Shown: positions 39,296-53,655, counted from the first letter of the stretch. The stretch is DNA of 64,000 nucleotides from Lytechinus pictus (GCF_037042905.1 NC_087258.1:7378001-7442000); one strand, 5' to 3'. The notes: generated by a model from the letters alone, not told the origin. A program made the numbers and translations.

Positions 39296-39440
39296 TATAT
39301 GATAATGATAATATTGACAATAATGATGGTAATAAAAACAACAACTATAATAAGAATGATAATAATAGTATTAGTGATAATAAAAACAATGATGGTGGTG
39401 ATGATGATAATGATTATAATAACGATTATACTAATAATGC
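39296..39440. repeat. degenerate (AAT/GAT)n microsatellite
   Basis: gataatgataat runs; source of spurious N/D-rich ORF. Confidence 0.9.
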
Positions 39441-40198
39441 AATGTTTCTAAGCGTTGCATAGAGATGCATCACATTACTCCAACTTTAGCACGACTACCC
39501 TATTGAGGCGCTCGAGCATACTGGTGGATGGAGAGTGGTTTGAAATAATCTATATGAAGTACGGATCCAAACTATGTAATACATCTATTATTTGAAGGCT
39601 GAAGCTTTAGATAATTCACTCACAAGTATCAAAATGTGCTCGAAACATGTGAGAAATATAATGCATTTTGACTATTTTGTATTGACTTCATTTTTGAATA
39701 CTAAGGAAAATAATTGTCCTTTACAGACTTAACTTAATTAGTTTTGAATGTTAAAAATACTGATAAATCATGCAAGAGTAGTTTTGTTTCTTCCCGTGTT
39801 TCTTACTTTAGTATCTATATTCGGCCGGTGTTTGAACCATGTATAGACTTACTATTAATAAGAAGATAGCCTTGTTGTTAAACATCTTTTGTATTCATTT
39901 CGATTACAAATGGTTTATATGGTTCTCCCAGATATATACATGTATATATTTCGTGTATGCTGATTGTCCTGTTGCATCACCTGTCAATGTTGTTGACGAA
40001 ATATCCTCCGTATTTTGGAATCCATCATACCAATGATGCTGTATCGAAATCCGCGGAAAATGGTGGTTGCCATAGCGACACTATTCATCAATTTTCACCG
40101 TGGTAGATGCGAATGAGTATATATAAAACTGGAGAAAATGAAATTGTTTGTTTAAAGATAAGTGTAGTTTAGTCAGCAATATATTAGCAATCGAGATA

Positions 40199-40474
40199 CT
40201 CTCTAAATACAAAGGAGCTAATCTGGTCCCTAATTACTTTCCTCTCAGAGTGAGATGACTGACCAGTCCTGATGGAATGAGATTTTAATCTTTAAAGAGT
40301 AAATTTTTACTTTTTGAGTGAAAATTTGCATCATTTTTTTTACAATATCACTCTAAAAGGGTAAAAAAAATCACTCTTGAAAGATTGAAATCTCATTCCA
40401 TCAGGACTGGTTCCTCATCTCACTCTGAGAGGAGTATGATTAGCGACCAGATTAGCTCCTTTGCATTGAGAAAG
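40199..40474. mobile_element. TA-flanked palindromic MITE
   Basis: arms caaaggagctaatctggtc..cctctcagagtgagatga..ccagtcctgatggaatgagattt inverted over ~100 bp; TA on both sides. Confidence 0.9.
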
Positions 40475-42048
40475 TACTTGTATATTAGGAATCATATTAG
40501 TAATATACTTATTGGAAATACTTACAATGGTTTATTACACTTATAAGTACTTTGAATGGTGGATTCATTGAATCAAGCTTGCTCGGTTTCCAGGTATATA
40601 GACCGACGTACGAAACTAATTACTTTGCTAGTATTCCAAAGTACATTCTGAAATGCTTGAATAAAATCTAGCTAAATATTGTTAAAATCTTAGGCAATAT
40701 TAGGTATATTTTACCTAACAAACAAGCATGCTACATTGACCTGATATTTATGTTAAGCTGTTGTAGGGGTAGCATTTCATGAATTGCATCAATGCGTACT
40801 ATTATGTCTAGCTTAATTTTTTCGATTTGCCTCAAAAACTTCTCTCTGTTCCAATTTGTTTTTAGATCAGACTCAACAAATGAATAGCAATAATTTCGAT
40901 GTCAAGCTCAACACTATTTAGACAAAATTAAAGATTAAAGGCATAGAAAATAGGTGATATTTTTTTATGAGAGTCAATATAGCATCGACATAGAAAACTG
41001 TAGAAACAAGTAGTATTACAAAGTAAAGAGTACCTTTAAAATGAGTCACGCTTGTTGATATCGATATGGTAGAGTAGCTGTCGCCTGGATCAGGTCACGA
41101 TGAATTTGTGTGCGTCTCATTCCCGCCTAAAAGATATCATGAGGGCTCGTCAAAGATCATAAGGTTAGAGACCTGTAACAAGTTAAAAGAGAAGGCTGGT
41201 TTTTGTGGAAGGTGAAAACAAATTCGCTACTAGTTTCTGTTTTATTAAAAAATAAATGCACCAAATGTTTAAAAATTACATCTGGATGATTTTCGTAAGG
41301 AGGAGTTTGTCACATTTGGAAATCATACATTCATTGCACTTTAAAATCTCTATTTCTTTTCAATGTAGAGGATGTAGGTCTGCAAACCATTATTCAAGAT
41401 CCTTCATGGACTAATCCAACGGGCTCAAGTGAACTTCAATATAACCTTCGTCAGCTACGAGTGGAACATGATACCACTAGTATCTTAGCGTGGCTCCTGC
41501 ATGCGTGGAGTAATGATTAGAAAATGATGCATATCACAAACGGGCCTCGGCATAGCCAGGTTTTTTTTTTTAAGTCAAAGCATATGGACCTATGGTCAAA
41601 GTGTGCTTGTTGGAGAGGATGTCTGTGTGTGTGCGTTTATATGGGGGGGGGGGGTGAAATATCAAATCTGGTATAAGTAGGTTTGCATTATAGAAGTGTG
41701 TGTGCGTGGATGTGACTGTGTGTGTGTGTTCGTGTAGCGAGGGTGGGGGGGGGGGATGATATCAAATCTGGGATTGCCACCTTTGTGTTAGTATAATCAC
41801 GACAATATTGATATATATTATATAGATAAATATCCTAATACTTATTTTCTTGTGCATACGAATTAATGTAAAATTTTCTCTAGACTTTGTGGGTTAATTT
41901 CTATTCATATTGATATCAAATCCAGTTAATGTCTAGAAATGACAGTTTTTTACTGGAAAGCAGTGGGCCCTTAAATTGCTCTAGGGCAAGTCCCACGACA
42001 TAATACTTAGGTTCTGTGAATGGCAGTTTTTGTGAAAGATGGAAGGGA

Positions 42049-42356
42049 CATGGGCGGAATTCTGTCCCCAAAGGTAGGGGGACCAGTGGAAAATTTGACA
42101 AGCAAAAAAAAAAGGTTTTCACCCAAAATATAAGGTCATGTTAACCCAAACAAAATTTTACAAGCAAAAAAAAAGAAAAAAAAAAGGTTTTCACCCAAAA
42201 TGTAAAGTCAGTTGGTCAAAAATACATGTATTATTTCGATAGTGAATAATGTATTTTCTCCATCATAAAAGACCAAAAATAGTAGGGGGAAATTTGATAT
42301 TGTGCCCCTTACTATTTTTAGTAGGGGGGACGCACCCCCTGGGATTTCCGCTCATG
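42049..42356 (+). mobile_element. hAT-type MITE (CA.GGGCGGAA family), copy 2, with internal short duplication
   Basis: CATGGGCGGAATTC ... GATTTCCGCTCATG; acaagcaaaaaa..ggttttcacccaaaat repeated twice. Confidence 0.85.
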
Positions 42357-43320
42357 GAAGGGGGGCGGTATATATCCCCTCGACCCCCATGTTTCACCAA
42401 TGGCTATTACAATACATGACCCAAAGCGTGTAGAAATTAACCGAGGTCCTCCACTGAATCACAGCGCTGTGATGTATATGCGTTGTGGTGAAAGCAGAAC
42501 GTGTGGTAAAATCCTGAATATAAATTGCCGTCATAATTTTTGATAACATTGCCGTTGTCATGTGGATAATTAATGGGACAGCGAAGATTTGTGAACAAGG
42601 CTAAAAAGGGCCGATGTACCGTTTACATAGTGTTTCAATTGATGTATATTTTGTCAGTCCATAAAAAAGGATGTACCCATTTTTCGAAAAATTGTAAAAA
42701 AATACAAAATGGATACCGATTGTTAATTTATCTTTACCCCCAATAAAAAAACAAAAACAAACATTATACAACCGTGTCAAATATAATTCCGATCAGGCAT
42801 TGCTTTTAGGTTTAAACATTTATTTTGATGTTAAGAATGCATTATTCAATTTGTAATATAGATTGTGTGTAAAATTGACAATCGCTCTTTAAATTCAAGT
42901 CTACTTTGCAAGGTCTATCCAAACTTTTAAACGCTTTCTCGAGAATACCCCCTTTCTATCATACGTGGTTTATTTTGCTTCTGGACTAGTAGTTGGATTC
43001 TTGATTCCCCCCTCTTTATTCCCCTGCACTGCACTTTTTGATAAAATGTAATTTTGATGTTTATATATATTTTTACTGTTGATTGTAAATGTATTTTTTT
43101 CTTGTTAATTGTACCGGTACTCTTTTTAGCTGAAAGGGGTGTTTGACCCATAAGCGGGAATAAGTGAATACAATTGTAAAGCAATAAATACTTAACATTC
43201 ATTTCATGGTTAAAAGCTTATATGATCAGTCTATAAAGTTAACCTGATTGTTTAATTTTTATACAGACTATTACGTTTTTTCTGTGTACGTGGTGTACTT
43301 TGTGTTTCCTTTGAATCGAG

Positions 43321-43657
43321 CAGTTATATCTTTCGGTTTTCAGTAGGGAGCACTTTCTATCCCCGACATGCGATATCATGAAATAACGATACATTATGAA
43401 AAGTGACAGTATATAACAGTTATGCAGCAGTGGAAGTATAAAGCAGTCATATCCCTCGGTTATCAGTATATACCAATTTTTATCTCCGTCATACGATATC
43501 ATGACGAATCGATACTTTGTTAACCGTGACAATATATAAAAGTTGTATAGCAGTGACACTACATAGTGGTTATATCTCTCGGTTATCAGTATATAGCATT
43601 TTCTATCCCCGCCATACGATATCATTACATATCTATACTTTATGAAAAGTGACAGTG
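43321..43657. repeat. 123-bp-unit tandem repeat, ~2.7 diverged copies
   Basis: tcggtt.tcagta / cgatatcat / gtgaca blocks recur at 123-bp spacing (43321, 43444, 43567). Confidence 0.85.
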
Positions 43658-44000
43658 CTTGTCATGTGAAAAGCAATATCCGGCTATTGCCATGTCGGCC
43701 TTCATCATGTTGCATTAGTGGCGGATATTAATGGCAGGGATTTGGCGGGGGTGGAAAGAAGCATGGACCTACCTTGGTAGAAGCTATTTGTGTATATAAG
43801 CATATACGGTGTATAGAAATAATTCATGATTTGAAAGTTCTGGGTCCGAAATGACGCAGAGTCGCGCAAAAAAAGGGGAGGAGTGTTATTTTTTTTTACA
43901 GAGCACTAACAATGACCCCCACAAAAATGTTTGTTATATAGAATTCGATTAAAATTTTGATCTTGAACTGTTTATTACATGACAAGAAGTTTAATACAAT

Positions 44001-44423
44001 TACCGTGTTTACACGTGCATCGGTTTTTTGTTTATCTTGCACCGCGTTTACACGCTGTCACAGCTCGCGTTGCAGAATCGGCTCGCGTGTCAAAAACCTG
44101 AAATGATCCGCGCACCAACAATATACATGTATGTCATAATAAGGACAACGCTAGATCCGTGCGCTTACAAGTACGTCATAATGGTAAAGTAAATGAAATG
44201 CGCGTCAATTGCCGATGCACAATCGGCTTTCTGTTTACACGTAGAAAAAAAAGCAGATTCTGCATCGGCTCGCGGCTCTGAACCTACTACTTTGGTGGTG
44301 CAAAATTGCCGATTCTGCACCGAGAACCGATGCAAGTTAATCGCGTTTACACGCAACAAAATGCCGATTCTGCACCGGCTCGCGGTTCTGAACCGCGAGC
44401 CGATGCAGCATGTAAACACGGTA
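44001..44423. mobile_element. MITE with TACCGTGTTTACA termini and repeated GTTTACAC motifs
   Basis: aat|TACCGTGTTTACACGTGCATCGG ... CCGATGCAGCATGTAAACACGGTA|aat. Confidence 0.88.
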
Positions 44424-47400
44424 AATAATACAAGGGTCTAACACGAATGCTACTTGTCTGAAAACTTGAGGTGGCATCAACCACAGAGCCCCAATCAGTA
44501 CGCCTACGCCACTAACACGTAATGTACATGACTTAGGTATTGAAATTCAATAGAAAGAATTCCAAGGCCAATTTGGGTCTAGAAGTTAGACGCCATGACT
44601 GTAAATAAAAGGACTTCAGATAATGGGGATTTGACCTATACCACTTTTGATCGAAATGTGGCATACACACTCACACATACACTCACACACCCACTCACTT
44701 ACACTTCTCCCCAGTCGTTCATGATTTCCTGACATGTCTTACGAAAGGTAATTCTTCGTGATGGAAATGTATAACTGCAATGAAAAATCATCATTCGCAA
44801 TGCACACTTTTGTTTTAGAATATATATAGAGTCAGTAGTTTCACATCATCACTAGATCACAGTTTGAGTCAGAGTACTAGTAAGTTTTTATTAGCTGAAC
44901 CCATAATAAATCCAGATATTTGATATCTACTTTATGGTAATAAATGACTGTTTATTAGTTGTCGCCATGGTAGCAAGTGCTATTCGTAACTACCAATCAC
45001 CTACAACGGGAAGCAAGGGCGGCCGATAAGGGGGTGGGGATGGGAGTTGATAGATGACTCTTGCTTGTGATATCTGTGTCTTGTACACTCTCTATCATTT
45101 TCCCTCCTGTTTTCAAAACTCCTCTTCATCGTTTCATCTTTTAATTTCTCATTTATCATTGTTATTCAATTGATTAATTCAAACAACTGGTATTGTTATA
45201 GAGAGTAATAGATTATAACATGTCTGATGGGAAATATGTTCTTTAAACTTCTTTGTACTTGTTATTGACTCGTATACAGTCGTTTATTAATCTAATTAAT
45301 TAGAAAATTATTTCATATATTCATTTACTGTTTGTATTTAGTTATAAATTTATTTATTGTTATGACACTGCCCCCGCTGCCTATGAATGTGCTCCAGAGG
45401 CTGAGAACACTTGATAGACAAATATTACTTTAAACGAACCGATAGTATATCATCACTTGAAGTTCACTCTATGTCAAACATACAGGACCAGACAGAACTT
45501 GACTCGGGACCGCCGGGAAGACAAGAGATCAAACATTAGGCGGTAAATCTGCTTGGATAAATGTCAAAATAGCAGAGAGAATCGAAGTCTAAACAGAGTT
45601 ATGAGTGACGAAAGATATTGTATGCACCCATAGTATTTACCCGACATTATTACATTAATGATCAAGCAGTGCGACTGAGTGATCTTGTTTTGATATGACA
45701 AACATTTCTTATTTTTATGGTTGTAGGTCTGATTTATTTTAGAGATGAATGTGGAGTTATGGTAGTGAAACGCTTGAAAAAAAAAGTATCCGCTTCTTCC
45801 AACCTACTTAATGATGAGAACGAGTAATGTCTAGGACGGAATTATTATGACGTACATAAGGATGCAGAGTTGTCAGTATTTCTGACATACTGCATTTCCT
45901 TTCAAACAAGACGAAGCTTTCCAAGCTTTTATCTCGATGCTACAATTGTAAGCATCATAATTTCCAAAATGCTAAAAATATTTGTTATAATAAATATAAT
46001 CTGAAAAATTTGAAAATCGAATTGTAATCGAATTGTACATTTCAAGTATATTTCCATATTGCCGTGGTAACATGGCAAGATTATTTCCCCTTTGGAAGAG
46101 AGAGGTTTGGGCATAAAAGAAAATTCGCCTACCGCAAAGAAAGGAATATGCGCTTTCATCGAATTAGCAAAAGAGGGAAAGTCCCTGAAATACACCGAGT
46201 GGAAATGAAAGATAAAAGGATATAAAAGACAGGTCCGTGTGCAACATGCTTACTATGTTTAATTCGACGGCGGATTATGAAAAACTAGGTTTGCAAAGGT
46301 CTTTGCGAAATAAAATCGTCCATTGTAATGTCAATTAATCATATTGAATTAAGTATGCAGTCTGATTTGCACGCAGTTTGACAGTGTTTTTCCTTCTTGT
46401 AGATTTATTTATGGCTGTGTCGATGTGCGACAGTTAAATTTGAGAAAGCTTCCTGTTCATCGGTAAGCCACATTATTTGCCAATAAACTGTCCTGCTTTC
46501 ACTGAAATACCCCCCCCTCCCCCCCAAAAAAACCAAGTGATTGCTTGGTTACCTATTGGGTCAAGGAGAACCGGGACTTTATAAAAAAAAAACATTTTAG
46601 TCTACAATACGATACACATGTAGATGGGCTGACTAAGCCCCCAACGGGGTCCAAGGGCGGAGCCCTATGTGGGGGTCAAGAAGGCAGAGCTCCCAGAAGC
46701 TCCTGGATTTTTCGCAACTTTCACCCTAAACGGACAGGCTACTTGTGATGTATTGAGGACTTGGGGCATTAATGGGTATATAGCGACTTTCCCCACATTT
46801 TTGTTCTCACATGAAATTTAAGAAATCAGGACGTCCTTATTTTTTTGCCATTTGGAAATCAGGACAGTTTGCAGGATCTAAAAGCAAAGGGTAAGGGAAT
46901 GGATTATGGAGAATGGACGCTATTGGAGAAGGGAGAAAATGCAATTAATTATTGTCAGAACCCCCACAGAAGCGGACCCATGCGAATTCGTCTTAACAAA
47001 GTGAGAAGATCATGATGATTGTGACTTGACCCGGAAGGACTTGACTTAAAGGGCAAGGACACGGAAAGAACAAAAAGACACGATGCTCATTTGGGAAGAG
47101 AGGCGAGGAGAGATGGAAAGGTGTACATGCGGAAATACAAAGTTAATGAAGTTGAAAGGACTTTCCCGATGGCTGGCTTCACAACGAAGTTAGGGGACAT
47201 CTTCACAACACCCTCCGGGGATCGGGTCCCAGCTTGCTCTTATTTTACACGCATCACTCATCACCATTGACCGCGAGTGAACAAGGCGCCTAGAGAGATG
47301 AGATGGGGGCGGACGGGGGGGGGGGGGGGCGTTTTACAAAGAAGCGAAATTGAGCACTGAAAGTGAAAAGTAAGTGTGGATTGCAGTATGAAAGTGTCAT

Positions 47401-47627
47401 ATTTTTTTTACTTTTGTGTGTACAATGTACACTAACACATTGAAATTAACTTTGTATATAAAATGTAGAAGCACAATCTTCCCTTTGGATAAATCATGTT
47501 ATAAAAAAACTGTCAATATTGTCGAATCTAATCGGCTTTTATCAAAGGCGTCATATTAATTTTGCATTGATTTCATGGAACGGGATCCCGGTCATGAGTC
47601 AGTGGAAAATAAGGGAATGCAAATTTT

Positions 47628-48582
47628 AACAAGTGGAATGCCTCTGGCCGTCTCACCTGCATCACGCGATTCAATATAGCAGCAGTGCTGATTTTGAAAA
47701 CTACTATAACTCGCACAAGATGTTCAGTGATACTTGGTTACTCGTATTTCCACGTTTTATGAATTAGACCAATACACTTATAGAGATATGATGGCAATTC
47801 AACAAATACCCCCAACATGGCCAAAGTTCTTTGACCTTACATGACCTTTGACCTTGATCATGTGACCTGAAACTCGCACAGGATGTTCAGTGATACTTGA
47901 TTACTCTTATGTCCAAGTTTTATGAACTAGACCAACACACTTTCAAATTTATGGCTGTAATTCAACAAATACCCCAATTTGGCCAAAGTTCATTGACCCT
48001 AAATGACCTTTGACCTTGATCATGTGACCTGAAACTTGCACAGGATGTTCAGTAATACTTGATTACTATTATGTCCAAGTTTCATGAATCAGATCCATAA
48101 ACTTTCAAAGTTATGATGGTAATTCAACAGATACCCCCAAGTCGGCCAAAGTTCATTGACCCTAAATGACCTTTGACCTTGGTCATGTGTCGTGAAACTC
48201 ATGCAGGATGTTCAGTGATACTTGATTAACCTTATGTATAAGTTTCATGAACTAGGTCCATATATTTTCTAATTTATGATGACATTTCAAAAACTTAACC
48301 TTAGGTTAAGATTTTGATGTTGATTCCCCCAACATGGTCTAAGTTCATTGACCCTAAATGACCTTTGACCTTGGTCATGTGACATGAAACTCAGGCAGGA
48401 TGTTCAGTAATACTTGATTAACCTTATGGCCAAGTTTGATGAACTAGGTCCATATACTTTCTAAGTTATGCTGTCATTTCAAAAACTTAACCTCAGGTTA
48501 AGATTTGGTGTTGACGCCGCCGCCGCCGCCGCCGTCGGAAAAGCGGCGCCTATAGTCTCACTCTGCTATGCAGGTGAGACAA
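47628..48582. mobile_element. Helentron-associated / pearl(CvA)-like non-autonomous element with tandem ~162-bp cores
   Basis: begins aacaag; 13-bp IR GTCTCACCTGCAT (47650-62) / ATGCAGGTGAGAC (48568-80); terminal hairpin gtctcactctgc-tat-gcaggtgagac; ~4.5 cores (gatgttcagt at ~47719, 47882, 48045, 48208, 48399); (GCC)n near the end. Confidence 0.85.
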
Positions 48583-50876
48583 CAACGAGAGTTTAGTTCA
48601 TTTTTGTCTATCCATGTATATATTTACGTATATTTGTCATCTCCCCTGGGGAAAAGAAACCTGTGCACGGCCGTTGTTAGTAGGGAGTCTTAATCATTGG
48701 AATGCATGAGGGCCTGCTTATTTCTGATGGTGAGGAGAATGAGAATTTCGCTCTTGCTTTCGGAGGTCGGTTTCTCACGGTTGCCATCATGGTTGCCTTT
48801 AATATGTATGAAAGAACGAGAGGAGGAGGAGGAGGATGGGGAACGATTGGCGGACTAAAATAACTACCCGCCAGTTGCGAGTGGGTGGGTGTGGGTATGT
48901 GTGTGCGTGAGTGTGTGCCTGTGCGTGAGTGTGAGGTTCCTTCCTGCCATAAAATACAAAAATATATTGCGGAACGTAGGGAGGAAGAAAAATGCTTAGC
49001 TATAAAATCGGGCAAATTGAGTTTGCATGTAAAGAAATGGGAAGAACTGAAGGTGAATGAGGCAGTGAATGCAAACAGGTGTGAAGCGTCTGCTGGTGCT
49101 GTGAGTATGTAATGGTATGTCCGAGTGTGAATGCGAGTGTGCAATGGTATATGTCCGCGTGTGAATGTGAGTGCTTGCTGCCAGGGATGGGGGGGGGGGT
49201 CTTCCTATCTCCATGGTTAGCAAAATATATGTTTGAGTAGATCCAAAAAGAAAGAATATTTTGTTTGGGGTGTGGAAAAGGTTTTGTTTTTTTTATTTTG
49301 TTGATGTTGTGTTTTGTTTTGTTTCCGTGTGTGCTTTATAAATAAAATCTTTATTCAGATTATTGTATAATTTCTAAGAATAAACAAAGAGACCTTTTTT
49401 TTTCTGTATTGTCTTACAAAAGTTGGAGGAATGGATATACATGTATAAGTACTTTTCTTTATTATGGGATAACCTCTTCACTTAAAAAAGTCTGTACTTT
49501 TGATTTTTCATCATACAATACGGTATTATTATACAGTAAATACATGTGAAATTACGAGGTTTTTGTTATTGGTATTATGGGTTATGATAATATTTGTTCG
49601 AAAAATTTATATCAAGATGTATATTATTTCATTTGTTATATTGCTGTATAAGTGTACTTCACTTTAATTTGCATACATGTATTTGATTTATTACCCTTGT
49701 ATGTATGAAAAATGTAATAATATCTGAATAAAGGCTAAAAAAGCAAGAAAAAAAAAGTGCCTGCCTGGGTGAACGGTGTATGTGTGTTAGTAGCGTCTGA
49801 TGAGTTTCTTGTAGTTTCTTCATTCCCCTCTCCCCATGTGTCCCTTCGTATACTTTTTTTTTTTGGGGGGGAGGGGTTCATATTACAGGCCTGTATCCCA
49901 TCAAGGGTACGTTCCCCCCATGACCCCTCTATGACATGCCAGCATCCTTGCACTATCCGCGCAAGGTGTAGGCAGTAGGAATGGTGGAATCAGTTACGGT
50001 TTGCCGAAAATAAATACAGACAGCATGGACAGAGGAAAAAGAAATATCGATTGATTCTGCTTTCTGCGCCTTCACCAGCTGCGAAGGGAAATTGAACGCG
50101 AGTCACGAGTGCGATGGAAGAGCAAAATAGAGGATGTTGACGAAGAATCATCTGCGAAATGCTGCTGGGAAAAAAGCCAAAATGACGCACAAAGTTACAG
50201 ATAACAGGAAGGCGTTCGGGCAGGGTGAGAGAAAGATGATGATTAGTAAGATGGCTTAAGTAAGGGGCTTGAGAAATACTCGTTTTTATGTTTACAAAGT
50301 GGCGAGAGCATTGGCACGTTGGAGGGAGAGAGGGAGACGGATGGGGGGGGGGGCACACAGACTGACAGACATACGGACAAAAAGAACTGAGATGGTGATG
50401 ACGATGATTGCTAGGAGGTTTAATAGCATTTTTAGTGTCAAGAGGCAAAGAGGTGCGACTAATATGGACATTTACACATTGACGGATATACATTATAATA
50501 GGCTATAAATGAAAAGAGAGCGTAGAGTGTGTCCCTGTGTGTGTGTGTGGGGGGGGGGGACGAGGGTGTGTATATATATTGTGTAAGGGTAAGTCAGAGA
50601 GGTTCTGATAGAAAAGGGACGAGGTAGAGGGATGCCGAATCGTACATTACTTTTTTTTATTTTTTTTGAACAACGTTGTGAATACAACCCACAGTCTTCA
50701 AGACCTTATCAATCCCCAGGTCAAGTATTAAAACCACTTCCCTTCGAAGGCTCTTCAATCTACGATACATTTCAAGATTCTGCACTTGAACTCACACCCC
50801 TGGCCCGATTCATTACTAGTTGGCTTGGGTACACTAATGTGTCCTTTCAAGGAGCGTCATAGAAACCCAATCTTAA

Positions 50877-51268
50877 AGGTAAAAGACAGTAGTTGCAGCA
50901 AACAATTATTTCATGAGAAAGTCTTTAAAATCAAGGTTAATTGCCACAATATTATCATAGATCTAGATCTGGTACATTGAAATAAACTTATCTTTGTGAA
51001 ATCATGAAATTTTAGCTGAAAACCGATAATTCTGATGATCACTAACACAGGAAAGCATATGTGGGACAGTGTATTAATATTGCTCGGAAAAATACCCGAC
51101 ATTTGATGTAATTCTGTGCTTATTTTGCTCATTTTTCAGCAATTACACCTTTTCTTCCAGAGTCACATGGCACATATTTTTATTCATACATACAAACACT
51201 TGGGTGGTAATGTTATTGGATTCTGTTCGAACTCATTTTGAGATCGTTACCAAAACTGGTATTTATCT
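50877..51268. mobile_element. TTAA-flanked Kolobok-type MITE (second family)
   Basis: ttaa|AGGTAAAAGACAGT ... ACTGGTATTTATCT|ttaa; short imperfect TIR. Confidence 0.65.
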
Positions 51269-52569
51269 TTAAAAGAGGTAATTTAGATGAAGGTAGTATT
51301 TGCTATCTGAGGTGGAATGGGCTATATGGATGGACGATGGGGATGTCTGCGCCATCTTAAAATCGCGAAATTGAAAATAAACCTTGGTCTTGTTTTTCAT
51401 TTATTGCCGGAAAATTATGTCCCCCAAAAGGTTTGCCCTTTAATGTCAGACCATGTCATGAGCTGAAAAGGAGATTCATACTGAACAATTTTCTACAATG
51501 TCCCATCCACTGATTTTGTTGTTTAAATGTAATCATTGACGCGATGACAAGTCCGCCTATTATTCACTTATTTAATAACAAAAAAATGTTTTTATAATTA
51601 GACAGCACAAATCCATTACATCCATTTATTTTTTTGTGTTATAAACCAACGGTGGCGGAAAGTAATGATGTATAGTTTTGGCAAAAACCAAAGTGATAGA
51701 GCTAAAAAGGTATGATTAAAAAAAAAAATAACTGATTTGTTAAAAATTTTGAAAAAAGTGGTTATATCCAATTTTTGATATGCTAGAGGGATGATCATAA
51801 CGTTTAATGATCACCGCCGAATGAAGTTTTACCTAGCAGTTATGTCATAATGTGTATATTTTCATTTCACCCGTTTTGGGAAAATAAAAAGCAGGCAAAT
51901 GTTGCAATATTAAGTTTATAAATTTTGATCTATTAAAAATGCACAGTGGTGATTTCGGTTCATGTGATATTGACTTGATTATTCAATGGGTCTTTAAGAT
52001 GAATATTACATGGTGCTAAATATTTGTAGAAAATCATTATCCAATACCCAAAGGAAAACATTGGCAGCATACGAGGGAATAACATCGCGATCAATCGTGA
52101 TATCTTCAGAGGCATATTACCTGTGTCTCCAATATAATGTTCAAAAGACGTTGAAAATTTGTTAAAAAAACAGGGTTGATAAATTGTCTCACAATTCACA
52201 AGACAGCACTTCCTGACACGAACGCTTGCATTTCCGTATTGTAAAGAATAATTGCACGGGATTTGGCAGATCTCTGTTAAGATATACCACCTCTTAGGCT
52301 ATGTGAACACAGGGCACGCATTACATCGCCAAAATTTCTACAATCAATCATTCCTGTGTCCAGACCATGTTAATGAGTAACCCGTAATGCTGATGGCGGT
52401 TAGCAACGGTTGTTTTTAGCTGTTCTGGAAGTATATATACATGGCGACTTTGTTTGTATTTTGATATGTGGTCATAGTACTCTGGGGGTAGACTCAGGGA
52501 TGTAAGGGGTATTATGATCGTGATTATGATGATGATGATGGGCGCGAGAAAAGTGAAGAGAGGGTGAGA

Positions 52570-52600
<31 letters not shown>

Positions 52601-53479
52601 TTTCATTTCACCTACCTACTTACTCTCATTAAAAGAATGTATTATTACCATTAAAACATCAACGAGGATATTGGAAGGATCGGTCGTAAGAAGTCATTCA
52701 GAAATTGTTTTTAAATCTTTGCCTAGATTTGTACTTGTTACAATACTCTCCATGGGTGATGAAAATTAGATTCGTATTTTTAAATGGTAAATCACATTAA
52801 TGTTGCAAGAACCAAAAGCTGAAACAGACATGACAAAAGGAAGTCGTTTTCATATACTTTACGTGAGCCTTTTAACGATCTTACAAAATAGTTGCCGTTG
52901 ACACTATAGTGTAAGAGTTCAGATTTTTAAGTAGGAATCGCATGTTCATACCTTTTTCAGGTATCAAAATATTTTTAAAGCCATGTTTAATGTAATAAAA
53001 TCAGTTGAGTATAACCCCTTCAATCTTTGTAACACTACACCCATACCTCATACTGTCAGGTAATTTCGCTAAAATGTCAATTTCTTTCCACTTAATTCTC
53101 CAACTAGGATTTTTCATCCTCGCCTTCGCTATGCCGTCCATAAATTACTCGATGGTATTTAAGCTAAAATTAATCCTAATGGTAGGTGGATGTGCGCGGA
53201 AAGCTTTCATTAAATAAGTAAATTCATGAACACGGACCATCCTTGCATGACCTGAATACTGGAGGAAATAGGTTTTCAATGACTTTCCTTTATCAAGGAC
53301 TTACTGCTTAAGGTAGGCCAACGATGTTTTTATTTGTGCGTATTTTTGAGGTAAGGTCGGCTATGTATTTGAATGTACTTTCCGAGAAGTTCATAGATTT
53401 AACTTACAAAAAATGCTTTAAGAATAAATAACATCACGAAGACCAACGACATCGTAATCATCTCCCTGCGTTATCACCG

Positions 53480-53655
53480 TTCCTCCTCATCATTTTCCAA
53501 CATAATCATGATCATTATCATCATCCCCATGGTCGTCATCATCACGATCATCTTCATGATCACCATCATCATCTTATTATCACCATCATCGTCATCATCA
53601 TTATCATCGACTATAAGTATTGATATCATTGTAATTATTATTACAATCATTATTG
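53480..53655. repeat. degenerate (CAT)n microsatellite
   Basis: catcatcatc runs. Confidence 0.9.

Noticed and set aside
41369-41520. Candidate second exon (tttcttttcaatgtag| then a phase-1-compatible frame EDVGLQTIIQDPSW...)
   Set aside because: Open for only 50 codons to a TAG, with no strong donor and no recognisable domain; it cannot be supported without RNA-seq.
43716-44513. Outer hAT-like element (TAGTGGCG...CGCCACTA) enclosing the 44001 MITE
   Set aside because: Only an 8-bp inverted match and no TSD; plausible but unsupported.
48677-50508. 155-aa and 167-aa minus-strand ORFs
   Set aside because: Derived from GT/GA-rich simple sequence; no domain similarity or splice signals recognised.
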